The position numbers were made by a program, and so were the translations under genes. The notes beneath the pieces are model-generated. The model saw only the letters and a program-made list of their open reading frames with translations. It had not been told where the DNA came from and did no database searches. Positions 1-7,524 of a stretch of 20,953 nucleotides of DNA are shown here, in pieces. The DNA lies in NCBI GenBank assembly GCA_031411295.1, contig JANOAV010000102.1, positions 1 through 20,953 on the forward strand, read 5' to 3'. This stretch comes from Verrucomicrobiales bacterium. Its GTDB lineage: Bacteria; Verrucomicrobiota; Verrucomicrobiia; Verrucomicrobiales; V1-33. Position 1 is the stretch's first letter. Each line of letters begins with the position of its first letter.

Positions 1-119
1 GAGGCCGGGGATGCCTTGGAGTTTAGCAAGCATACTTGGAACGGGTGTGAGGAACTTAATCCAACCACGCTCCCGGACGGCTACGGTGTCTATGACGACT
101 TCCAAGAATGCACTACCAC
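1..119 (+). repeat. 119-nt exact direct repeat, identical to 856..974
   Basis: Base-by-base comparison at offset 855. First mismatch is 120 (a) vs 975 (c). Confidence 0.95.
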
Positions 120-615
120 ATGGCTGGTCCGAACGCATACAGAGATCGTCACCAACCTCTCCGTGGATGCCGACGACGGGGTGCTCGACGGCGTTGGGCG
201 CGGGTGGAGTATTCATAGCGATAATAACACGTCAGTGTTACGGTCGGAATACACACTCAGCTTCCTGCCAACATCCGATGGGAAACTGCCGAAGTGGTTC
301 GGATTTGCAGCCCTAAGCGACTACGACCAACCAATCCCATCGATTGATGTTTTAGGAGTTGGTGGGATCCTGCTTGAATCCATATCGCTCACCTCATTGG
401 ATGCAGCATTTAATGCGGCTCCTGTTTACGTTGCGCAATTCCAAGGGTTCATCTCAACTCAAGAGATCACGGCCGTCGTCTTTCACGATGCCATTTATAT
501 CGACCACTTCCAATACGGCTACGGTGCAGGCCCGGTCCCAGAGCCGACCTCGCTTCTGCTCGTGGGCTTAGGCGGAATCGTGCTGCGTCGTCGGAGGAAT
601 AAACCGGGGATTTAA
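1..615 (+). CDS. PEP-CTERM sorting-domain surface protein, paralog 1 (5' end outside the window)
   Basis: Frame is open from base 1 (EAGDALEFSKH...). C-terminus PVPEPTSLLLVGLGGIVLRRRR has the PEP motif, a hydrophobic helix and an Arg cluster. Collinear with the 721..1464 product. Confidence 0.9.
   Translation, partial: EAGDALEFSKHTWNGCEELNPTTLPDGYGVYDDFQECTTTWLVRTHTEIVTNLSVDADDGVLDGVGRGWSIHSDNNTSVLRSEYTLSFLPTSDGKLPKWFGFAALSDYDQPIPSIDVLGVGGILLESISLTSLDAAFNAAPVYVAQFQGFISTQEITAVVFHDAIYIDHFQYGYGAGPVPEPTSLLLVGLGGIVLRRRRNKPGI
502..546 (+). repeat. 45-nt exact direct repeat, identical to 1357..1401 (encodes DHFQYGYGAGPVPEP); near-copy at about 2074..2114
   Basis: Direct comparison; same 855-nt offset as the 5' repeat. 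Confidence 0.93.
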
Positions 616-720
616 TGCGTTGGCGAGCCAAGCGTAGGTCTGCGCGCCAGTGCCGGCCGGCACCACGGACGACACCAAGCTTTGGTCCAATCTGCTCGAT
701 ATTCAACTCCCCCTCCACCC

Positions 721-1464
721 ATGAAAACCTACCTACCAAATCTCATCGGCATTTTTGCTTTTTTAGCACTAGGCTTGCACTCACAGGCGGCATTAATCGC
801 CACCCCTGTCACCCCTTACCGTTCGCTCGCGGACAGTCCGTGGCGCGTGGCGGTTGAGGCCGGGGATGCCTTGGAGTTTAGCAAGCATACTTGGAACGGG
901 TGTGAGGAACTTAATCCAACCACGCTCCCGGACGGCTACGGTGTCTATGACGACTTCCAAGAATGCACTACCACCTGGCTGCTCCACTCTCACACCGAAT
1001 TTGTGCTAAATAGCTCTGTCGATGCGGACGATGGGGTGCTAGATGGGGTCGGTCATGGTCGAAGTATCCAAAGCGACATCCACACCGGCGGGATACCCGT
1101 TGACTTCATGTTGAGCTTCAGTCCGACCTCCGATGGTAAATTGCCCAAGTGGTTTGGGTTTGCATCTCTATTTGCAACGCCGCTGAACCAACCACCAGCG
1201 ATTGACGTTCTTGGCGTTGGGGGGGCGCTTCTCCAATCAATCACGCTTACGGACTTGAATAACGGAGTCAATGCGATGCCGTTCGTCGCTAAGTTCCAAG
1301 GGTTCATTTCAGATCAAGAAATCACCGCGATCATTTTCCATGAGGGACTTACCATTGACCACTTCCAATACGGCTACGGTGCAGGCCCGGTCCCAGAGCC
1401 GTGCTCGCTTTTGCTCGTGGGACTGGGCGGAATCGTGCTCCGTCGCCGACCTTCCCTCCGCTAA
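721..1464 (+). CDS. PEP-CTERM sorting-domain surface protein, paralog 2
   Basis: ATG at 721 gives a signal peptide (MKTYLPNLIGIFAFLALGLHSQA). C-terminus is PVPEPCSLLLVGLGGIVLRRR. Confidence 0.9.
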   Translation: MKTYLPNLIGIFAFLALGLHSQAALIATPVTPYRSLADSPWRVAVEAGDALEFSKHTWNGCEELNPTTLPDGYGVYDDFQECTTTWLLHSHTEFVLNSSVDADDGVLDGVGHGRSIQSDIHTGGIPVDFMLSFSPTSDGKLPKWFGFASLFATPLNQPPAIDVLGVGGALLQSITLTDLNNGVNAMPFVAKFQGFISDQEITAIIFHEGLTIDHFQYGYGAGPVPEPCSLLLVGLGGIVLRRRPSLR

Positions 1465-1475
1465 ATTCCGCTCAT

Positions 1476-2174
1476 ATGAACCATTCTGTGAAAAAAGCGT
1501 GGATATGGGTATGGTTGCTAACTGTGTCAGCGGCACCGGCTACCATCGTTGCCACCTCAATAATCAGGTATGACTCCTTTGATGATAGTCCTTACAAGGA
1601 AGCTGTGACCGCTGGAAATAACTTGATTTATCCGGTGGAGCCATCTACGGGGCTTCCCAGGTTTAATCCGAATGTGGGAACGCTACCGGATGGCTACGGC
1701 GTGCGTGACGGAACGGCTTGGGACTATCTCTGGCTCACAAAAGCGAATGTCTTGCCATCAAGGAACTGGGAATTGGGGATTGAATCAACTGTAATGGTCT
1801 TACCATCACAGTTCGGCCCTGTTGATTTCACGTTTACCTTCGCGCCTACATCCGATGGAAAGTATCCCCATTGGTTTGGTTTTGCCCAAGCTTCCAGATA
1901 CGAATCAGAGGGTTTTGTTGGAGTTCTGGGCGTGAACGGGGAATCGACTTGGGTGGTTCTAACTGAGCTCAATAATGCAACGAAGCAAGATCTTTACTCC
2001 AGATATTTCCAAGGGTTTACGGTAGATTATGAAATCAAATCGCTGGTATTCTGTGGACCGCTCAGCATAGCCGACTTCCAATACGGCTACGGCGCAGGCC
2101 CGATTCCAGAGCCGTGCTCTCTCCTGCTCGTGGGACTCGGCGGAGTCGTGCTGCGTCGTCGGAGGGGTCTATAA
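1476..2174 (+). CDS. PEP-CTERM sorting-domain surface protein, paralog 3 (more divergent)
   Basis: ATG at 1476 lies 11 nt after the previous stop and gives a signal-like N-terminus. Shares TLPDGYGV, PTSDGKxPxWFGFA, FQGF and FQYGYGAGPxPEP motifs with paralogs 1 and 2. Confidence 0.88.
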   Translation: MNHSVKKAWIWVWLLTVSAAPATIVATSIIRYDSFDDSPYKEAVTAGNNLIYPVEPSTGLPRFNPNVGTLPDGYGVRDGTAWDYLWLTKANVLPSRNWELGIESTVMVLPSQFGPVDFTFTFAPTSDGKYPHWFGFAQASRYESEGFVGVLGVNGESTWVVLTELNNATKQDLYSRYFQGFTVDYEIKSLVFCGPLSIADFQYGYGAGPIPEPCSLLLVGLGGVVLRRRRGL

Positions 2175-2281
2175 CGTTAGCAAATTCAGGCAAATCGGCC
2201 CTTCCTCTGCCGCTCGTTTCGCTTCTGCGTGCGCCTGGTTTACACACTTGCTTCGCTCCAGATTAGCTGCAACTTGCGACC

Positions 2282-2770
2282 ATGAGCCTCTCCGATGAAA
2301 TTGAACGTCTTGCCCAACTCCGGGCCTCTGGTGCCATTACGGAAGCCGAATTTGCCGCTGCGAAACAGCGTTTGATCAACGGCCAACCGCCTGCGCCAAC
2401 TCCGCCGCCCATGCCCAATCAGACACTGCGCTCGCTGGATACGGAGAAGAACTGGGTGCTGGCCCTGCATTTGTCACAGTTTGCGGGCTATGTGGTGCCG
2501 TTTGCGGGCCTGGTGGTTCCCATCTTGATTTGGCAGTTGAAGAAAGCGGACCTTCCGGTGCTGGATCCCCACGGCAAGGTGGTGGCGAATTGGCTGATCA
2601 GTGCTTGCATCTACGGGCTGTGTGCCATTCCTCTGGCCTTGATCGGAGTTGGCTTTCTCGTTTTCATCGCACTTGCCATTTTGGGGGTGATCTTCCCCAT
2701 TATGGGAGCCATCAAAGCCAGCGAAGGCACGGTCTGGCCTTATCCCTTATCAATCGCCTTCTTCAAGTGA
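2282..2770 (+). CDS. Membrane protein with N-terminal SHOCT motif and DUF4870-like domain
   Basis: SDEIERLAQLRASGAITEAEFAAAKQRL fits SHOCT. It is followed by a Pro-rich linker, then WVLALHLSQ...PILIW...HGKVVANW...GAIKASEGTVWPYP with three hydrophobic helices. Confidence 0.85.
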   Translation: MSLSDEIERLAQLRASGAITEAEFAAAKQRLINGQPPAPTPPPMPNQTLRSLDTEKNWVLALHLSQFAGYVVPFAGLVVPILIWQLKKADLPVLDPHGKVVANWLISACIYGLCAIPLALIGVGFLVFIALAILGVIFPIMGAIKASEGTVWPYPLSIAFFK

Positions 2771-2779
2771 GTCCAGGGA

Positions 2780-3691
2780 CTATCCTTCGTAAGGGCGGAA
2801 GACGATGATGCCGATGTGGTCTGGGGATTCCGCGAGATAGCCTGAGATGGGACCATCGATGATCGCCTGCCGTCCCTTGTCAAACCGACTGGTGGCATGC
2901 ATGAAACGACATCTGGCCCCGTCCCGATACGCCAACCCCACATGGGTGGTGTAAGCATCCGCATCCGCGCCCACGATGGCGATGATATCCCCATGACGCA
3001 GGCTGGACTCTGCCGCTGGAACTTGGGCGTTGGGCAAGTAAATCACAGGCATCCGGGAGACCCGGGCTTCAATTTGAGCGATGGCGGTTAGGTAGCTGGG
3101 ATTAGCCACCAGTGAGCGGTAGCTGTTGCGATCCCGCTGCATTTCCCGCACCTGACGCTGGATCGGCACGCCGCCCAACTCGGCCGTGATGTTTCGCCCC
3201 AGTCCCCGCTGCTGATTGTTGGCGAAGACTTCCTCCAGGTGATGCATCCGGCTCAAGTAGGTGCCATCACAGCGACCATTGCGATACCGCTCCAATTCGA
3301 TGAAGCGCAGCAAATCCGGTGGCTGGTAGGGCCCGGGCCGCCGCAACATCCGCGCAAAGGCGAGGGCGGTTTCATAAAACGTCCAGCAGTCCAGCGCTTG
3401 GAAATTCACGCACGGGCTCTCCTGCGTATCGCTTAGTTCCAAGGTGAAATTCTGATAGCTCGTGCCCACCAGCGCCTTGCCGACGGTCACGATGCGTTCC
3501 GGCAGTGGCAGTCCGGCCCAGCCTTCAGCCTGCGCTCGCGCCACCAGGGATTGAAATTTATCCCGTCCTTTAAACGTGACACTGAGAGGTAACGCTGCTC
3601 CGGCAGATCCGCGGTCGGGAACTTGTTGGCAGCCTGCCAAGCCCGCTCCCAATAGTCCTGTCAGTGTGTTTAGGGATTGGCGACGCTTCAT
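2780..3691 (-). CDS. DUF1460 / NlpC-P60-superfamily N-acetylmuramoyl-L-alanine amidase-like lipoprotein
   Basis: Motifs VNFQALDCWTFYETALA (catalytic Cys), RYRNG..YLSRMH, GDIIAI..THVG and FMHATS. ATG at 3691 gives MKRRQSL...LAGC (twin-Arg-like motif plus lipobox). Confidence 0.85.
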   Translation of the reverse strand: MKRRQSLNTLTGLLGAGLAGCQQVPDRGSAGAALPLSVTFKGRDKFQSLVARAQAEGWAGLPLPERIVTVGKALVGTSYQNFTLELSDTQESPCVNFQALDCWTFYETALAFARMLRRPGPYQPPDLLRFIELERYRNGRCDGTYLSRMHHLEEVFANNQQRGLGRNITAELGGVPIQRQVREMQRDRNSYRSLVANPSYLTAIAQIEARVSRMPVIYLPNAQVPAAESSLRHGDIIAIVGADADAYTTHVGLAYRDGARCRFMHATSRFDKGRQAIIDGPISGYLAESPDHIGIIVFRPYEG

Positions 3692-3709
3692 GCGCAAGGC
3701 TGGACAGAT

Positions 3710-5173
3710 TTACTTTGCCGCAGGCAGCGGTGGGGGCGGAATCACCCCGAGGTTCCAGTAAGCGTGCATTTCTTCAGCGGAGGGAACCTTGAGCGGACGG
3801 ACAATGCGGAAGCCCAGAAACTGGGCATCAGTGTGATACCAGATGCTCTTCGGAAGCTGGGGATCCTGCTGTTTCCAGGACTCCGTGCTGCCCCGCCGTT
3901 TGGCGCTGCGGCAATTTTCCGCCACGGACTTGAAGCCGCCACCACGAACCACGCGGGGGAAGAGCGTCTTGGGTTTGTTGAATGGATTGGACACTTCTCC
4001 AGAACCCAGCGAGGCGTAGAATCCTTCATCGTATTGATCCAGCACCCACTCATTGACGTTGCCGTAAATGTCGTAGAGCCCCCAGGGATTGGGCTTCTTT
4101 TTGCCGATTGGTTGGGTGGTGCCCTGGCCGGTGCCTTCGGTGTCACTGTTGTCGGCAAACCAAGCGTAGTCACTCAATTTATCCGCCTCATCTCCGAAGA
4201 AATAAGCCGTCGTGGTGCCCGCCCGGGCGGCGTATTCCCATTCGGCCTCGGTGGGGAGGCGATAGAAATGCCCGGTCTGGGCACTGAGCCACTGACAGAA
4301 TTTATTGGCCGCGTGTTCGGTCATGGAAATTGCCGGATACCCTTCCTGACCCATGCCGAAGGTCATGTCCACGTAAGGTGTCGTGGGGCTGGAAACAGCA
4401 TCGATCTCCGTGTCCGTAGGCTTGCGTTGCTTCTTGCTGCCGTCCTTGTAGCGTGAATCCGCTGTGATCATGAAGGGCATGTATTGGTCCCAAGTCACTT
4501 CGTAAGTGCCCATCCAGAAGGGGTCGATCTTCACCTTGACCTGCGGACCTTCATCTGGCTTGCGGACGTTCTCTGACTCTGGGCTGCCCATGAGAAATGA
4601 ACCGCCTTTGATCGGGGTCATCTCATAGCTCTTGCCGATCTTGGGGATGTCCCCTTTGTAGGCCTTCATTTCCGCTTCCGTGTGTTCCTTGGAGCCCGCC
4701 ACCAACTGCGGATGCATTTTCTGGATTAACTCCAAAGTATCAATCGATGGCGGACGCTTCTCGTCTTTTGGTCGTTGTTTCAGCACCACGGCTTCATCCC
4801 ACTCTGCTCCTTGGGTAATCCAATTTTTGATAATTTCGATTTCTTCTTTGGGGAGCGCATCATGATTCTTCGGTGGCGGCATCCGACGCTTGTCGGTGTC
4901 GGGACGGATCAGATCGGTGTAAAGCCGACTCTTGTCCGGTTGTCCCGCCACAAAGCTGGGGCCGTGGTCGCCACCCTCCAGCGCAGTCGCTTTGGTGGTG
5001 ATATCGAACTCGCCATTTTCTTCTTTGTTACTGGGCTTGTGGCAGGAAACGCAGTTGGTTTCCAAGATGGGCAGCACTTGTTTGACAAAATCGATTTTGG
5101 CCGTCTCTGCCCAAGCGGCAGAACTGGCGACAACAAAACTAACAACAGAGGGGAGGAAATAACGCAGAGTCAT
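3710..5173 (-). CDS. SUMF1/FGE-sulfatase-domain protein with N-terminal planctomycete-type cytochrome c domain
   Basis: Signal peptide from ATG 5173. Heme domain: DFVKQVLPILETNCVSCH...MPP...WITQGA. FGE-domain motifs: FLMGS, RLPTEAEWEYAARAG, PNPWGLYDIYGNVNEW, RGG and GFR. Confidence 0.9.
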   Translation of the reverse strand: MTLRYFLPSVVSFVVASSAAWAETAKIDFVKQVLPILETNCVSCHKPSNKEENGEFDITTKATALEGGDHGPSFVAGQPDKSRLYTDLIRPDTDKRRMPPPKNHDALPKEEIEIIKNWITQGAEWDEAVVLKQRPKDEKRPPSIDTLELIQKMHPQLVAGSKEHTEAEMKAYKGDIPKIGKSYEMTPIKGGSFLMGSPESENVRKPDEGPQVKVKIDPFWMGTYEVTWDQYMPFMITADSRYKDGSKKQRKPTDTEIDAVSSPTTPYVDMTFGMGQEGYPAISMTEHAANKFCQWLSAQTGHFYRLPTEAEWEYAARAGTTTAYFFGDEADKLSDYAWFADNSDTEGTGQGTTQPIGKKKPNPWGLYDIYGNVNEWVLDQYDEGFYASLGSGEVSNPFNKPKTLFPRVVRGGGFKSVAENCRSAKRRGSTESWKQQDPQLPKSIWYHTDAQFLGFRIVRPLKVPSAEEMHAYWNLGVIPPPPLPAAK

Positions 5174-5399
5174 AAGGCAGGGACTAGAACGCAACGCGCC
5201 AGAAATGCAAATAGTTGCCTGTGCCCAAGACAAATTGGAATTCCGCACGCGCGGACGACTCGGGAAGAAGCCAAATCCACCGTCGAGGGCCTCGGACGAC
5301 AATTCATTGCAGGATGCGATCTATGGGGAACTTTCCAGTGATTTTGTTGTGCCGCAGTTGCCAGCAGAAGCGTAGATAACATTGACCGTATCCTCACCC

Positions 5400-6035
5400 A
5401 TGTCAGCGCCCTCCCCTATCGTCGTGCCCCAGACCATCCCCATGATGGTCCTCTCTCAGTGCACCTTGTTTCCCCACTCGCTGATGCCTCTGTTCATTTT
5501 CGAGCCGAGGTATCAGGAAATGTTGGCCTATGCCCTGGAGCAGAATCGGATGTTTGCCATTGGTCATCTGGAGGCGGGACCGGAATGGGAATCCGATGAT
5601 GAGTCAGATGAACGGATTCGTCCCATCACCACCTGTGGCGTGGTGCGCGCCTGCGTGGGACGACCGGACGGCACCAGTCATTTAATGCTGCAAGGGGTGC
5701 AGCGGGTGCGCATTACCGATTGGGTGCAGCGGGAACCTTTCCGCATCGCACGCATTGAGGCGCTGCCCATGCTGGATGAAGCAGTCACGGTCAATGCCAG
5801 CCGAGCGGCTGGTTTGCTGAAGTTACTCCGTCAATTGCTTCCCACCATGGATCAAAAATCCGATCCGTTGCTAACCCAGTTGGCCCAAGTGCAAAATTTG
5901 GAAATGCTGCTGGATATCGTGACCGCCAATTTTCTGATTGATGGATCCCAGCGGCAACAATTTCTGGAATTGCCTGACTTGGAAGCGCGCTGGCATTTCC
6001 TGACCGCCAAGCTCTCCGCGCTGCTGGCAAAGTAG
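5400..6035 (+). CDS. Stand-alone Lon protease N-terminal (substrate-binding) domain protein
   Basis: LFPHSLMPLFIFEPRYQEML...DGTSHLMLQGVQRVRI...QQFLE...EAR. No ATPase or protease domain. Confidence 0.88.
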   Translation: MSAPSPIVVPQTIPMMVLSQCTLFPHSLMPLFIFEPRYQEMLAYALEQNRMFAIGHLEAGPEWESDDESDERIRPITTCGVVRACVGRPDGTSHLMLQGVQRVRITDWVQREPFRIARIEALPMLDEAVTVNASRAAGLLKLLRQLLPTMDQKSDPLLTQLAQVQNLEMLLDIVTANFLIDGSQRQQFLELPDLEARWHFLTAKLSALLAK

Positions 6036-6151
6036 TCGGACCCGGTCAATTGACCTGTTTGGAAAAGTGATTTTATCTCGACGGCAGCCTTGTTTCTCCG
6101 TCGCCAGCAGTTACCATAAGCTCCGCTGACTCTCGAATCCCCGCTCCATTC

Positions 6152-6985
6152 ATGAACGCACTCCTCATAGTAGGACTCCTTAGTTTTGTTAAATCCGCGC
6201 CCCCAGTGCCGCGCTTGATCACGCCGGAAGGCCGTGAATTGAAGCATGCTCCATTGGTGGTGACCAAGCCAGGGGTCCATGATTACGCTGGTAAAATTTA
6301 CGTGCTAGGGAAAATGCCGCGCATCGTAAAAGAATATGGCGTCCCCGCTCTGCACGTGATGTCCGACCGCACCACGGTGCGTAATTTTGCCTGGCGCGGC
6401 AGCATGGAAGCCCTCCATGTCGGGAGCCAGCCGTTCAATGGAGATACCATGCGGAAACGGCACAAGGAGATTAACGTCACGCTGGACCAGCTGTTCTGTG
6501 ATGATATTGGCGAGGACGGGGTCAGCATCCAACCGCGAGCGAACGTGGTGCTGAAACGCAGTCAGTTTCAAGGACGCTATGGTTTGGTGGAGGGTGAAGG
6601 CGAAAATCCCGGGCAGGACAAAATTGTCCAGATCGATGGAGCCACCATGACGATTGAACACTGCGACTTTTTCAACGCGCTGAGCCCCATCCGGGCCAAG
6701 GCCAATTCCACTGTGATCGTGCGGCACTGCAATTTTGTCGGCTGTGGCACCTGCGTTTCAGGGGACGGACTGCGCAATCCCAACCACAACGAACCGAATC
6801 GACGGCCGCCTTACGACAACGGTAAGCCGGGGCCATCACGGATCATCATCGAGGATTGTGAATGCTGGGATTGCGGAGAAATTGCCCGCGCTTTTCCCGG
6901 GTGCGTGATTGAGGTGAGGAACGTCAAAATCCATTCCACGTGGCGCAAAGCACGAGAAAGTGGCGGAAAGGTGATTTTCAAGTAA
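6152..6985 (+). CDS. Secreted parallel beta-helix protein, pectate lyase family 3-like
   Basis: DDIGEDGVSI and QDKIVQIDG resemble the PL3 motifs DVxEDA and DKxxQ. Repeating beta-strand/Cys/Asn pattern and a short hydrophobic N-terminus. Confidence 0.6.
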   Translation: MNALLIVGLLSFVKSAPPVPRLITPEGRELKHAPLVVTKPGVHDYAGKIYVLGKMPRIVKEYGVPALHVMSDRTTVRNFAWRGSMEALHVGSQPFNGDTMRKRHKEINVTLDQLFCDDIGEDGVSIQPRANVVLKRSQFQGRYGLVEGEGENPGQDKIVQIDGATMTIEHCDFFNALSPIRAKANSTVIVRHCNFVGCGTCVSGDGLRNPNHNEPNRRPPYDNGKPGPSRIIIEDCECWDCGEIARAFPGCVIEVRNVKIHSTWRKARESGGKVIFK

Positions 6986-6995
6986 ACTCTCCCTT

Positions 6996-7520
6996 ATGCC
7001 CACCCGCTCCCTCTGCCAAATTCTGCTGCTGGCCGCCTTGTGCTCCAGTTGCAAGCCGTTCAATATTAACCTGGCGACTGAGAATCCCATCAAGATGGAC
7101 CCCATCACCATCAATGTGAAGATGGACGTCTATCAACACTCCTCGGACAAAACTGGGGACGGTAAGAAGCAGGAGGATGAATCCAAGGCCGCCCGCGAGC
7201 GCATTTACAACCGCCAGCAGCAGTTGCAGGAAATTAAAAACAACCGCTGGGTGATCGAGACCCACCGGGGGGAACTCCAGGTGCGGGAGAAACCCGCCGG
7301 TGAGAACGGAGGCTGGGTGGAGAAGACCGTCGCTTCAGAGAATGAAGATCGCATGATCCTGATGCGCGCCAAAGCCCAAGAGTTAAATCTGGACCTCCAC
7401 GAAATTCAGACCCAGTTCTGGAAAGACAACGTGCGCAAATCCTTTGCCGGAGAATACATCGAGATCGACGATCCGGCCCGGCCGCAGATGTATCAGGTCG
7501 TGCAAAAAGCCGCTCCGTAG
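6996..7520 (+). CDS. Lipoprotein with YnbE-like N-terminus and YdbL/DUF1318-like C-terminal domain
   Basis: Lipobox-like LCSSC. PITINVKMDV is YnbE-like. LQEIKNNRWVIETHRGEL...VASENEDR...AGEYIE is YdbL-like. Confidence 0.65.
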   Translation: MPTRSLCQILLLAALCSSCKPFNINLATENPIKMDPITINVKMDVYQHSSDKTGDGKKQEDESKAARERIYNRQQQLQEIKNNRWVIETHRGELQVREKPAGENGGWVEKTVASENEDRMILMRAKAQELNLDLHEIQTQFWKDNVRKSFAGEYIEIDDPARPQMYQVVQKAAP

Positions 7521-7524
7521 CCGC

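Noticed and set aside
1..1464. Diversity-generating retroelement TR/VR pair
   Set aside because: Differences between copies are not adenine-specific, both copies are coding, and there is no reverse transcriptase in the window.
5174..5302. Upstream extensions given by the ORF track (starts at 5302, and likewise 682, 1401, 9171, 12122, 13091)
   Set aside because: They begin at alternative codons and precede clear signal peptides or family N-termini; downstream ATGs are more plausible.
3677..5341. Plus-strand ORFs 3677..4456 and 4775..5341
   Set aside because: Antisense shadows of the well-supported cytochrome c-FGE gene, with no recognisable motifs.
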